Shown piece after piece: positions 11,760 to 25,031 of a stretch of DNA of 64,000 nucleotides. The position numbers and the translations under genes are program-made. Numbering within the stretch: the first letter of the stretch is position 1; every line of letters begins with the position of its first letter. This DNA is from Moniliella sp. 'wahieum' (Eukaryota). The stretch is from positions 1-64,000 of the forward strand of contig RSEE01000098.1 in the NCBI GenBank assembly GCA_003971905.1. The letters are read 5' to 3'. The notes under the pieces were generated by a model. The model saw only the letters and a program-made list of their open reading frames with translations, was not told the DNA's origin and searched no databases.

Positions 11760-14607
11760 ATGCCACACACACGCCACCTCACCCTGGCCAGCATCGCCTT
11801 CTTTCTCGCCTTTGTGCTCCAACTCATCGTGCGTTTCTCCCCCCTCTGCTGCGCCCCTGCTCACACCACCCTTCCCAGCTCAACTTCTCCGCCCCCTTCG
11901 TCCCCTCGCTCTACCTCTCCCTCGTCTCCCAGCACGCCGACGCCCTCCGCTACGGGCTCTGGGGCAGCTGCATCCACCTGCCCAGCCAGCCTGGCCCCAA
12001 CTGGCAGTGCACCCTCCCTCCTGGCACTACTCTTCCACCTCCACTTCCACCTCCACTTCCACTTCCTCTGCGTCGTCCGCTTCCATTCCACGTCCACTTC
12101 CTCCTCGGCCTCGGGCTGGCCCGCGGTCCAGGCTAGTCTGCTCCCCAGCACATCCCTCGCCGATGCATTTGTCCTTGTGCCCCTCTCCACCGGCGTAGCT
12201 GGCACATGTGTCCTCCTCACCCTCCTTCCCGCACTGAGCTTGCTCCCACGCACGTCCTGCCTCCCCTGGCGGCGCCGCAAGCAGAAGCGCACTCCCTCCA
12301 GCTCCACCTCACCCTCTCTCAACACCGTCGTACCTCTACACATACACGTCAGCACTCTTGGTCAGCACGGTCCTGGCCACCGCACTGGCTACCGCTAGCT
12401 TGGGCGTACTCTTATCTTTCTTCCTCGGCATGCGCTCCCGCGCCACACTCTCCCTCCCACCTCCTCCGCAGCCACCCACTGGCCGAGCGATCCACCGCGT
12501 CCGGGTCCGGGTCCGGGTCCGGGTCGGCCGCAGAAGCTGCCGCACCGTCCGCCACTGGGTCCCCGCCGCCACTGGATCCGGCACCGCCGCAGGGTCTGCC
12601 GCGGGGGGAGACTTTAGCGCCATACGCACGGCCCAGTTGGGCGCAGGCGTAGCCCTGCCCGCACTGAGCCTCGTCCTGGTCCTACTGGGACTAGGACTGA
12701 CCTTAACGGCCGTGCGGGCTGGTGCGGTGCTCACTCTCCCGCCGTCGCCGGACACGGCCATGTCCATGCGCTCGGGTGGGGACGGCGGTTGTGGCAGCGT
12801 CGGCGCGTACTATGGAGAACTTGGTTCCTGTGCGTGTGGATCCGCGCTGGTCCCACTCCCCCCAGTCGTACGAGCAAGACAATGGGTTGGATAAAGAGGA
12901 TAACGAGATGGGAAAGGCGTACGGTCCGGGTGCGGGGGCTGGCGGGGGTGGGGCTGTTGGCGGACAAGTCGCCCGATTTGCGGGACGGGTCGCGTGGCGG
13001 ACTGCACCTGGACCCTCACCTGGCTGGGCCAGCGCACAGGATGCCTACCCCCCGACGACGAGTACTACCACGACGACGACCCGTCCCGCATCAACCACTT
13101 CTGCCGCCGCTACGGGTACGGGTATGGGTACGGCGTTGGCCTACACCCAAGTGGACAAGGAGAAGCAGATGGACTTGTCGATCGACATGGACATGGACAT
13201 GGACATGGACATGGACAAGGACATGGACAAGGACACGGAGACGTACACTGACACCCACACCGATGTGGGGTGGGACATGACGACCTACCGCCGCCCCCTG
13301 CACGTGGAGCGGGCGTAGGCTTAGGTATTGGTCTTAGCCCTCCAGCCTACGCGTCGGAACCGGACCTCTACCCGCCGCCCTCCGACCGCGACGGGAACCG
13401 CGACGCGGACCGCAAAACTGTAAGCGACTGGGACCGAAATGGAGAACGAGACCGCCGCGCGGATCGTAGGAACGGCGGTCGAGGGCCAGGGCGAGGTCAA
13501 GGTCGAGGTCGAGACCGGGCGCAGTTGCCGTTGCCCCGCGTAGGCGCAGGCGCAGGTGGGTCGCGCACAGGGACGGACACGGGTCCAGCTAGTGTCGCCT
13601 CACGTCTATCGTCGCGGATGAGTTCGTTGATGGTCGGCTGGCGCAGGCCTGCGTCGGACGACGAGCGTGACCACCACCACCACGACGATGACTTTGACGA
13701 TGAGAGGAAGAAGACGAGAGCGACGCAGGTCACGCGCCGTCGGTCCAAACGAGCAAAACGACCAGCTCGACCGGACGACGCGGACTGGTACGCAGGTCAG
13801 GCAGCTTACGTGTACACCGTGCTGCACGCCTCCCTTCAGTCCCGCTTGGCTCCCACTGAGGATACGCAAAGTAGCCCCCTGCTTCGCCACTTTCGCTTGC
13901 CCCGCCACTCGCACCCGGAGCTCGCTCACCTACTTCCCCGTCCTGGGCGCTTAGCCGCACTTGAACGTCCCCCCGCGCGGCCTGGCTCCCACACCCGCAC
14001 CCACACCCGCACCCGCAGCCGCAGTCGCAGTCGCAGTCGCAGTCGCAGCCGTTCGCGCCGGCCTAAGAATACCGTACCTTCGCATCGCCGCTCCACCTCG
14101 GACTCGGACGCTGACCCAGACCCAGAAGACGGTAGCGGTAGCGTGCTGGAGCAGTACGACATTTACGGTGCGCCGAGCGAAGTGGACGGGTACTCTGTTG
14201 CGGATTACTTGGCTACGCCTGCACGTACTGCTTCGCCCCCTCTCCACCCTTTGCCTTTGTCACCGCGGCTGCCCGTGTCGCCTCGGTCGCCGGTGTCGCC
14301 TCGGTCGCCCCGAACGCCTCGCACGCCTCGCACACCACGAAGACGCGCCGAACGGGCCGACGCCCAGGCACATGGGTCCTCGTCGGACGCAGGGGGTGCC
14401 CAGCGTCCATCCTCCAGCCGCCACAGCACTTCCCCGTGCGGGGGATACCTAGGCCGGCGCGCGGGTACCGATGCGGGTCAGGGCCAAGCTGATGGCCAAG
14501 AGGCGTGGGAGGCAGCGAGTGCGGGGGCAGCACGGCTGATTCGTGGGGGCGGGGATGGGGGTGTGGGTGTGGGTGTGTCTGGGCGCCGTGGGCGGCGTGG
14601 GTACTAG
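11760..14607 (+). CDS. SUR7/PalI-like membrane protein with a long low-complexity tail, frameshifted; 3' extent uncertain
   Basis: Hydrophobic N-terminus, YGLWGSC...WQC motif and three further hydrophobic segments in adjacent frames. Confidence 0.55.
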
Positions 14608-15069
14608 ACCCACACGAGAGTGCTTGGTTGTCCGTCGTTTGTTCTTTGTTTGTTTGTTTGGAGTGCTGGATTGGATTGGCGTCGTAACGAGTGCCAAGAC
14701 GTAGATGCAGGACGCATGGCTCAGGGTGGGTGGTGGTGTGATGCGTGCGACGTGTGATGGGCGTGAGATGGGGGATGCGGACCTCCGAGGTCTGGGCAGA
14801 GGAAGCGTGTGCTAAGCGCAACGCGTACCCCCGCTCAGGCACCACCAGGGTTGCATGCCTCTTACGTACGCGCGCGCGTGGCTGTGCTGCCCCGCTCTCT
14901 TCGCATCTCGTCTGCGCAGCCCACCGCAGCCAGGCACGCAACCCTACTGCTCCACATCCCTCCCGCTGCGCAGCGCCACGCAGCCCCAGCATTTAACCCC
15001 CCCCCCATCACTCGCCATTTCCATCCCCATCCCCACCCCCCCCCCACCACCCCCACCTCCTCCACCGCC

Positions 15070-15781
15070 ATGTCCTTCCCGAACCCTTTGGCGCCCCCAA
15101 CACCCAGCTCGGCTACCCCCAACCGCAGCAACCCCAACAACCCCAGTACCCCGCGTACGCCTCAGCGGGCTTCCCGGAACCCCATGCGCTCCCCTACGCC
15201 TCGGCCCCAGGCGCAGCCCCCGTCCCCGACACCAGCTACGCACCGCCCAACCCGAACCCAAACGCCTACCCCACCCCAACGCCAACGCCGACCCAAGCAA
15301 CCCCTACCCGGGCGAGCGGCAAGTGGACGAGAACGGTGTGCCGCTCGAGCCGGGCGAGCGCGGGATCGGCACGATGGCCGGTGGTGCTTTGGCCGGATTC
15401 GCAGCGAACAAGTTGACTGGCGGACAAGGCGGGAACTGGAGTGCGGCCATCGGTGGCGCATTGCTCGCTCAAGGTGCTAAGATGATGTATGGCCGGATCA
15501 AGGATAACCGCGCTGGTAGCCACGGTGCAGGTGCAGGGGATGGTAAAGCCCTTGACGGTGCGGGTGGGTACGGGGGTGCTGGTGGGTACGGCTCGGGGTA
15601 CGGCCAAGAAGCCAGTGCGCCGCCGGACTATTCGAGTGGGTACGGGGGTACGCAAGTGGCGGCTACACGGGCGGCCATGCGAGTGGGTACTACAATGCCC
15701 CCCCCACGGGCCCGGCGGGCAGTTACGGCGCCGGGTACGGAGCCAAGCCGTTTTGAGCCTCGGAGTCGTGGCTTTTGTTAG
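15070..15781 (+). CDS. Hypothetical Pro/Gly/Tyr-rich protein with a glycine-zipper-like segment
   Basis: ATG in CCGCCATG context; GERGIGTMAGGALAGFAANKL...AAIGGALLA. Confidence 0.55.
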
Positions 15782-18700
15782 TTTTGGTTTGGTTTTGGTC
15801 GCATGCTCCTCTTCCCGCTCCACTGTTAAGTCGATTCGACGATAAGAATAAGGATGCAAGAGTCCATGATCTTCTTCGGTTCTCTCTTTTTTTCTTTTCT
15901 CTTCTTCTTTTCTTTTGTTTCCCTCTCCCTCTCGTTCCCTCTCCTTTCTTTCCCGACCGTTGTGCGTTCTGTCTCGCCGTCTCTCTGTCTCTGTTGGATC
16001 AACCCCCTACCCGTGGCACTCGTTGGCCTGCAGTGGGATGTATTCTTGCCTCTTCTCTCCCCGCTTCCCCGCCCCCCCCCCTTCCCAACCACATGATCCA
16101 TCCTGAATTCCGTTGCCGTTGTCGTTTCGCTTTCCGGTTCTCCTTCTTTCCCCCTAGCCTGGCCAGCCAGCGTGGCCCATCAAGGAGGGAGGCGTAGTCG
16201 ATTGTAGTATGTGGTACACGGTCCATGGCACATGGTACGTGGCGCGGGCGGGGGGGGGGGTGAGGCCTGAGGAGAGAGATGCAGATGCAGCGAAAAACTC
16301 GGGGGGGGGGTGGGGCTCACGTACTCCCTCTGGTTGTCTTTGTGCTCATATCGTGTTCGTGGTTCCTTTTCACTTCGAGGAGTGCGCACGAGGATTGCGC
16401 GAGAGGATCGCAATCCTTCCCCCTCCCCTCTAGTACCTCTAAGATCTAATAGATAATCCCTTTGCCTCCCCCTCCCGCGCCATTTGGCAGTCGGCGTTGG
16501 CGCCGGTTGGAGGTCTGGTTTGGGGCACATGTTGGTTGTTGGTTGGCGGGCGAGAGCTGGAGGGTATAATTCAATTGCTTTGAGTGTAGCGTGCTGCTTG
16601 GTGCCTGGTGGCTGGTGGTTGGTGGTTGACAACCAGTTGGATTAGATTCGATCGATTGGATTTGGTTCAGTTCGATTCGATTCGCCGGGTTGGTTCGATG
16701 CGGGTCGATTGGGTCCGCTTTTCAGTTCGAGGTGGGGAATTGTAGCTCGAATACATGAGAAATGGCCCCCCATTCTACCGTAGCCGCACGGAGCAACAGG
16801 GAACACCAGCAACCGGATCGCTGAGCGTTGAACGTTGGACCAGAGGGGGTACCAGGTCCCGATAACGCTGCATCGTCGAGCCGGGATGCCCACCGTACTA
16901 GTCTATCCAAGAAAGCCAGTTTGGTCAGCGCCCGCGATGGCGATGGCGATGGCGATGGCTCGCAAGAGCCAGCCCAAGACCAAGACCAAGAGCGAGAGCG
17001 TGTCTTGGATACAGCGCACCGTGTGTCCTGTGATCCGCGGTCCCGGGCCATGAACAGAGAGGCTAAGACCCAGACGGGACCGCGTTGGGATTGAAGCTTG
17101 AAGGTATGGAAGGAGAATGCGGCTTGTCTCGACGGTGAGAGCCAACACACCAGCTCAAGGCGTCATACGACACCCGTGATCGCGCATCGTGGACTACCAG
17201 GAGAGCGACACACCTTCCACCCCCTCCTTCTCCCCTCCCCCCCAGGCTCATCAGGCCTCAGGCCACAAGAGGACGAACGACACCCGCGGATGTTATGGAT
17301 GTCCTCCAAAGTCAAACGATCCCCAAGTCCCCGCGTTGGCTGTACACACACGAAGGATTGAGGTAACATCGAAATACGAACCAGAGGCCCAGCGCACATG
17401 TAGTCCCCCCCTCCGCACCTCTCAATAGGAGATCTGCAGTTCGTTCGTATCCCCTCGGTCTCTCTCGTCCCGCGTCGCGGCCCTGGCTGGTCCCCCCCCG
17501 TGGCGTTCCTTCTCGCTCGTAGGGGTTGCAGGGGGGTGTATGTTCGAGCACGAGGTCGCGCTGCGCTGTGGGCCGGAGCGAGCCGAGGACAAGGTTTGCT
17601 AAGGCGGTAAGCGCGCAGTGCCCTGTTCGTTGTCCCCCTTTCGTCGTACTTCCGCGCCTACCATCTGTCACGATAAGAAGAGTAGGCACGGTAGGCAGTA
17701 GGCACCGTCGCAACGACCCCCACAACATGTGGCACGTGTTGCCGCCCATTCAACTTGTTGCCGCCAAGGTCATGGGAGCGAGGATGTCCGACTCGGACTG
17801 ATGCATATACTAATTGATGAGGAACTTGGCGGGGTCTCACCGCAATCGCGACGATGCCTTGCCGGTGGTGAGTTGTTTCTCTGCAGTGTATAATATAGTC
17901 CAACGTTGCTCTTGTTGTGTTCTCAAGTTCTTCCCCTCCCCCACATGCTTCCGGCGTCAACGAACCAGTGGCGGTTTCTTCCTTCTCTCTGCGCACCGGT
18001 GGGCCGTACTTGTCTCTCCCATCCTCCCGGCGCTCGCTCCCACCGTCCCATCGTACCATGCAGCATCGTAGCACGTCGTACCGTGCCGTCTCTAACCTGG
18101 GTTGTTTATGCTTATCCACCGGGCCCCTCTTTCACTCCCCCAGTCCTCTGCTGCCGGGCCCTCGAACCCCCCAGGTTGTCCTGCCCGCACACTCCCACAC
18201 ACACTCCCACATCAACACGCCCTCCGTGAGTCCCCGACGTACGCGCTGAATGAAAGCCACTACGTGCTCACGGGTCCAGTAGATGAACCCAGAAGTGTGC
18301 GCATTGCGGTGGGCTAGGGCTCGGACGCCGGATCCTACTGTCACAGCTTGTCCCCGCCGGGAGCTCGCCCAGGTTGGTGGAGTACACTCCCAAGGACTCA
18401 CGACTGAGGCTAGGTTCCGCTTGGGATACTTGGGATCGATCGTGAATCTGAGCGGAGCTAGGCACGAGCAGAGGCCCTGGGCGCTAAGCCGAGGCGGACG
18501 GGTAGCAAGGTTGGGTATCCGCCACCGGTTTGGACCGTTGTACCGTATCGGAAGTTTTGCGGCGTAGAATTGGGTAAAACCGGGGAGGACAAGCATTGCC
18601 ACAGCGGACTCAGGGCTGGAAAGCGGCGGCGGTCAACGTATACGTGGCTGGAAAGCAACCTAACCAACGCGATATGCTGGTGGCGCACAGCTGAAAAGGA

Positions 18701-19713
18701 AGGCTCGCGCGAAGACGACGGGGCGGAGGGAAAGCTGCAGGACGAGGTTGGAAGATTGGAAGACAAGGAGGCAGCTGCTAAGTGTAGAGGAGGTTGCCTG
18801 TACTGCATCAATGACTGGAAACGGAACGAGCGGGAGTAGTAGGACGGGAAAGGTGGCAAGGGACACGAGAATGCAAGAAGGTTGGGAAAAGGATCCAAAT
18901 CACCCTCACATGAGGGTAGTACAGGCTAAGGCTATAGATCCAAAGGGAAACGGACACGATGGGGGCGTAGAACGAAGACATGTCAAAGACGGGTTGTGGT
19001 CGCCGCAGGCTCAACCGAGAAAGGTAAAGATTGTGTGGCGACGGGGTGTGATAGTGGTCGCAAAGATACTGACGGCGCACACTAGTGATGGGCCTCATTT
19101 AGGTCAACCGACTTGAGCTGGGCCCGGCGGCTGTGGTGGGCGGATGCATCGCCACAGGGCCACGTACATGGTTTCAACCACCCATCATCCAACTTGAATG
19201 GTTGGACTAACGAGCATGCGCTACTGGACACAGGCAGAGCAGGCCAGGCTGTCTTAGCTTCATTGGATCAGACCATCTCAGATCCACCCGACCCATAACA
19301 ACTATAGCTCGTATGGAGTCGTGTTGCCGCACGCGTGCGTCTCACACCGCATCTCCATCATCCCATCCATCAGGCCCTCGTGCCCTGCGTCTGGACCCCT
19401 TCTGCCCGACAAACGAAATGGCTGGAGGAACGAAGCGAGGGACTGCGAGCGGAGGATGGCTGGCATGCCAATGGTATTCATTCAGACAGCATGGAATGGC
19501 GGGACCTTATATACCGGAGAAAGGAGAAGCAATCACAGGTTTAACCGCGCGTGATGAACGAGACGCAACCCAAAATGGGATCAAGCTTTCAAGGGAAGAA
19601 ATTCATTCGAAGAGGACGATTTTGTTGTAACTGTCACAGGCACCGGGGGATGTACGAGCCGTATCGAGTCTACGTGTGCGTCCCCCGGCACCGTTATTCC
19701 CCGTCTGACCACA

Positions 19714-19765
19714 ACACACACACACACACACACACGCACACACACACACACGCACACTCACACAC
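19714..19765. repeat. (CA)n microsatellite
   Basis: Read directly from the sequence. Confidence 0.95.
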
Positions 19766-20499
19766 GACCCGATTACGATCGATGTGCGATCATCCCTTGT
19801 ATGAGGATAATAGCGGCCACTGAAACTATCTTCCTTGAAGAAGCACTTCACCTTCAAAGTCCATGGTTCATTTCTTTTCTCATCACCCTGTGTTGATCCG
19901 AACTCTTACACCGCAGTAAGTAGTGGAGGATGTGCCCTCACATTCGCAGTACTTTGTCGTGTCGGAGGAGATCTGCCCAGCGGTCTGCTACCAGTGAGAA
20001 GGGAGATGGTTGACTAAGGAATGAATTACTGGGGGCAGAGTCGTGTTATCGTTATCCAATCGCAATTAATTGTTTCTTTGTTCTCTACTGAGTTTTTTCC
20101 TTACGTGCTTGCTTGCAATTCCACGCAGCTGTATATGGTTCTACCGCTAATAATCGTTGTTTTAACAACCAAGTATTACATACTCAGCATGATGATATCA
20201 ACAACTCGTCAAACCAAGTCAAAGGAACTTTTGCCCCCATCCCCCCGCCCTACCACCCGAGCTGTTCACTGCAAGAAAGGACACTTTGTGACATGTTATC
20301 CCTGGGCAGATTAGTGCGCACGTACAAGCAACACCTCAACCATGGTACGTTTTATCCCTCATCTAATACACTTAAAATTAACCCAAAGGTGTTAACTGGA
20401 TTACGGGACGTTCTCAGAAAACTACAGCAACAGTATCCAAACATGAGCTTTGTTGATATCCAACGTGAATATCGGCACCAATATCTCCCTTTTTAAACG

Positions 20500-22300
20500 C
20501 AGACCCCCTTTTTACTTGAAGTAAGCGCCCAGATTCTGACACATCCTGCCCCCTGGCACGTTGGTCGGCGGAATGCGCACCCCACCCAGCCTGAGCCATC
20601 CACATGGGTGAAAAATTCCTCCAGCGTGGAATGGTGGCTACGATGGCGACGGTGGACCGGTGGCTAAGGTGGCGACGCAGCATCAAACTGGGGCGAAGCC
20701 CCACCCGGTCGTCCTCTAATTAATTCAAAATACTGTGTTTGCGGCATATCCTCTCAGATATTAAAATCGGTCGGGGTTGAATGTAAGAACTGAGGGAGAA
20801 CATATCCGATAGTTCGGGCAGGTTGGGTTAGATCTCTGCCAAATTGAGAGGACTCTCACCGAGTTGGGGAAACGGTGTCTGCCCAGGACAGCGCCGCGGA
20901 ACAAATGCATATGTTGTCATGGTGCCGGTCCCGGTTGATTTGTTGATCATTTTTATTTGGTTTTTCTTGTGGGCAAATCATTTCCCAGGGTTTGTTAGGG
21001 AGACTGATTTCAATGTCATATCGTCAATCATACAATTATGAACATACTAGTCTTGCAGCAGTTCCACACGGGGCCAATTCCTTCCTGTGAATAGCTCCCA
21101 TCGGTGTTAGGAGCTATGCAATGAATTTTATAAGTTGATCACCGCTATCTCCAGTGTGCTCCAGGATATAATCCATGGCCTTCGGCCTGCGTCTGTTCTG
21201 GTTCGATGAGATGAGCCCAATAACAGCAATGATATATAAAAACACACCAGTTACTCACCTTATCGTTTACTCACATGTTTTAGATTCGACGGAAAAACAT
21301 AACAAAAGGAACCTGGGGAAGTCTCAACACCGGAAACTCATTCTAATTTTCGTTGGAACACTTCATGTATTTGATAGGTTCGATTCCCTTTTCACTAGCT
21401 CCAGAACAGATTGGCTCTTGAGTCGTTCTAATGCACACACGTTTCAGACCCTTATGTCAGGCACCTATTGACCAACTTTCGAATCTGATTAATCTAGACT
21501 GCGTCCACCTCAAACTGATTTATGGTATGTACTGAGCATCTTGTTCAGAAAATGATGATCACTCGGGTGGTTGGAACATGCCACTACTCTAAAACAAACT
21601 CCCTTCCTGTGATCTAATCATCATTGTATCGCAACTTCGCCACGGCAGTAGTCCATTGGGCGTGGTTGGGCCTTAACAGGTCCATATAAACATATATCAC
21701 CTCTGTAAAGCTGGTTGTCTACTCCAGTTATTATTATCCGAATGCAAGCCAGCCAACATGTGTCCCCACAGTTCAGGACACCGCCTGCAATAACTTCGTT
21801 GCGCTGAGGCTAGGGGTGGGAAGAAATTTGGCCAAAATATTGAAAGAGTCTGCAGTTGAACTGCTTCCAGCCATACCCCTAAGGATGTTTTCTTTTCAGT
21901 CGATACGACTTGCCATAAATGCGGGTTATCCATGAATAGTGCCGTACATTATGTGAAGGCAGCGGCTGGGTCTACATGAAGCTCATAGCATTATTTTTGC
22001 AGTGTGGAAAATTGGAAAGGCGGAAAATCTTGAAAGCACGCGACATAGAGAAGGAGCTGTTTCGGCTGCTTGAACAAGCAGAATGCGACAAGAACGCCAA
22101 GTACCAGGGATGCACTCAAGAGTCGTTTTTCCCCCTGGTTTTGACGACGCGAGGATACTACTGGCACCAAGACAGCGGGCAAGTTGTTTGCGCATTGGAA
22201 GGATTTTTGGCTACTAAGCCAAGTCTCAGTCGAAATGGTTCCTCGCTCGGATGTTAACCACGTTTATCCGTGTCCATACGCGCTTCTAGGGTACGGGACA
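20500..22300 (+). mobile_element. Heavily decayed non-LTR retrotransposon relic, RLE-type (CRE/Cnl1/MoTeR-like)
   Basis: The 3' end encodes a zinc-knuckle-like TCHKCGLSMNSAVHY (~21908), then LLEQAECDKNAKYQGCTQESFFPLVLTTRG, matching the RLE tail pattern AExxKxxKY...FxPLVxxxxG. Upstream frames show only faint, stop-ridden RT-region resemblance with no intact YxDD. Confidence 0.45.
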
Positions 22301-22636
22301 GGATGGCGAGAACCGGAAAGGGTTAGATCCCCCTGGTTCCTTAACCTTGGTGGCGCTTCCAAGTAACCCCCGCAAGATGAACGGTTTTCTGTCAATGAAA
22401 TGGACGCGCTATAGAGCTTGATACATACCGATCCTGTATGACCCTCTCTGATTAATGATTAATTAATGATAGTAAGGCCCGAAAAGGGCTACTAGCAGAA
22501 CTTGATCTCCATGACGAGTTGCTCGTATAGAAGAGATTGACTGTATTCAAAGAAATGGCACGAAATCAGTATACGCATCACTTTTGACTACTGATGCATC
22601 TCACTAGTAGGAGTTGTCTCGGCGCACTGATCATGT

Positions 22637-23586
22637 AGCTAATCGAAATTTCTGGCGCACAACCTATCGGGCCTTGTGAGCCTCTCGCCACACAAGCCTC
22701 GTCTATGCGCGGCTGACGGAACCGAGTCGACCACGTCTGGTGGCATGGTCTTGCCTGATATCCTTCGCGTCAAGAGGCCGGCCATGCCGCCCAACAGCGA
22801 GTTGAGCATCAACGACAAGGGCACTTCGAGCGGACCGTCGACGGTGACGGTTGCCTCCGCTGCCAGGGCTCGACGGTCAGTACCTATGTTTTGTCCTTGT
22901 CCACGCATGCACTGATAACGCCTTTGAGCAGCATGACTGGAAATGACACTCAAGTGCTGCAGCAACGAACACGGAACATGTCCAGGCTTGCGCACAGCTC
23001 GTTCACCATATGGTTGCCTGGCTCATTTTTCTTTCTCGAACGCGATGACACTTCACCCGCCCGTGCGAGACTTGGCCTTTGGTTCTCGACCTTTGCCCTT
23101 CGGTACCTTTTCATCTCGGTGGTCCCATGATGTTTTCCCTTCGTGATTAAGCGATGAGGGCGATATCTCTGACTGCCGCCGGCCTGAGGCTCCTCGAACA
23201 ATCTGCCGTTGCCTTGTCGTCCCTCTACTTGTCTGTGTCTAAACAACCATGCCAGGCAATGCATCCTTTTAAAGATAATCCACTGCCTGATCTGATAGCA
23301 TCGTGGCACCCTAGCCACCACCCTAGCCGCCAGCCTGGTGGCAATGTGCTAGCCTTTCCACAAGCCTGCCAGCAAGGCTGCAGACTGTCCGGGGATAGGT
23401 GGGGGATAGCTGAGGCAACCTGGCGCCAAGCTGTCGCGCTGGTTGTCTCGATCTTGCGACCATCTTGCCGCCAGCTTTCCCTTGTAGCAAGGTTATGGCA
23501 ATGCTGATCTGACCGACTAGCGGTATCAAAGTACTATCTTGTGGCAAGATCCGCGGCAAGGTTGTGACCAGAAATTTCGATTAGCT
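22637..23586. mobile_element. 950-bp non-autonomous element with ~29-bp terminal inverted repeats and a candidate 4-bp TSD (ATGT)
   Basis: Left end AGCTAATCGAAATTTCTGGCGCACAACCT; right end AGGTTGTGACCAGAAATTTCGATTAGCT; ATGT at 22633-22636 and 23587-23590. A TA duplication also fits. Confidence 0.8.
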
Positions 23587-23657
23587 ATGTTGGATCGATA
23601 ACCGACCGACAACCCACACAACCGGCTACCCCCAACCACTTTACCCGCCCTCTGCCC

Positions 23658-25031
23658 TCAAGCACCGATCCTGTCGCGGACCCACCTACCCACGCGCCGG
23701 CCCCATCGCTCGCACGTTGGCTCTGTTGGTTCCCCCGGTTGCTCTCCTGCTCGGCCTGATCGAGCGCAGCGAACGCCCGCACAGTGCGCAGAGCACCCTC
23801 GTACGGTGCCGCGCGCGCGCAGGAGGTAGGCCATCGCAAATTCACGTACACCATTGAGCAATAGAGCATGGAAGAACGAGTCTGGGATCGCGTGGGCGTT
23901 GGCCAATTGAAGCTGCTGCACCAGGTCGCGATGCTGCGACACATACGTCGCACCACTCCCGGCCCTGGCGTAGGCGGTGGAGGCGATCCAGGGGGTCATC
24001 CTGGGCCGAGACGGCGAGGACGTTGGACAGGTGCGTGAGAGTGTCAGGGTGAGCATTCCGTGCGTTTATTTGTTGGTTTGGTGGGCTAGCGGGTTGGGCG
24101 GGTTGCTTCGCTGCTCGTCATGCTCTACTGCAGGGATCGTTTCCACGACATTGAGAACGTACGTGTAGCGTAGTGGGCGCAAGCGGAGGCACACACCGGT
24201 CGTGGACACCATTGAGCAAAAGGGTATTGAGGAACGAGATGGGGATCAAGTGGTTATTCGCCAACTGAAGGTGGCGTGCCAGACGACGATGCTGGGCCAC
24301 ATACGTCGCACCACTCTCCCCGCCCTGTTGTAGGCGGAGGATGCGACCAATCAGGTCGGCGTGAGCCGAGAAGGTGATGCTGCCGAACATCTGGGTGAGA
24401 GTGTGGCGATACGCCGAAGCCAAACGGACCCGAGGGCACCATATCCCATCCTCTCGTCCACGCGCAGACGTGCACCTGGGGAAAGGCCGGCGGTAACGAC
24501 TTGGACCAGCGCAGCGTCGAACGCTTGATGGTAGACATGGCTGATGGTCCGACCGCGAAAGGCGATCGCTGCGTACGGGTGGATAGCAGCAATTCGGGAA
24601 TCCATGTTGCTCATCCAGTCCAGGAACGAGAAGGGGGTGGGGCCTTCTGGTAGCTGCTCCTGACGCGCGTCAGCGGCAGCACAGGCAATGGGGCTTTGCA
24701 CGTGCAGCGGAACGAGCGGGCATGTCGAAAGGCTGAAGGGCATCATGGAGGCCTGGTCCAGTTCATCCGCGGGATCCAAGGGACCAGGGGGGGATACACG
24801 GGGAGAAGGTGCATCTGCCACGTCCGAGTCGCCGTGGCTGGGCTCTGCAGCGGCGGGCGGTGGGCATGTGCGGCGGGCATCCTGGGGATCGGCAAGGCGA
24901 GGAGGCGCGGATGCGGCCTGAAGGATGCGTGTTGTGGATGCCGATGGTGGCAGTCCACCAGCCTGCCGGGAATGCTGCCGTGGCAGATCCCAGACGGCGG
25001 AGCGCGGGGCTCCGCAGCAATCATTAATCAC
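23658..25031 (-). mobile_element. Retrotransposon gag/capsid-like ORF with a tandemly duplicated domain, frameshifted, no pol seen
   Basis: Two related copies: LRLQQGGESGATYVAQHRRLARHLQLANNHLIPISFLNTLLLNGV and LHRLRQG-SGATYVSQHRDLVQQLQLANAHAIPDSFFHALLLNGV. Both resemble the Retrotrans_gag pattern LxQ...SxxxY...L...GL. Confidence 0.55.

Noticed and set aside
20021..21933. Endogenous viral gene
   Set aside because: No recognisable RdRp or capsid motif; the retroelement interpretation fits better.
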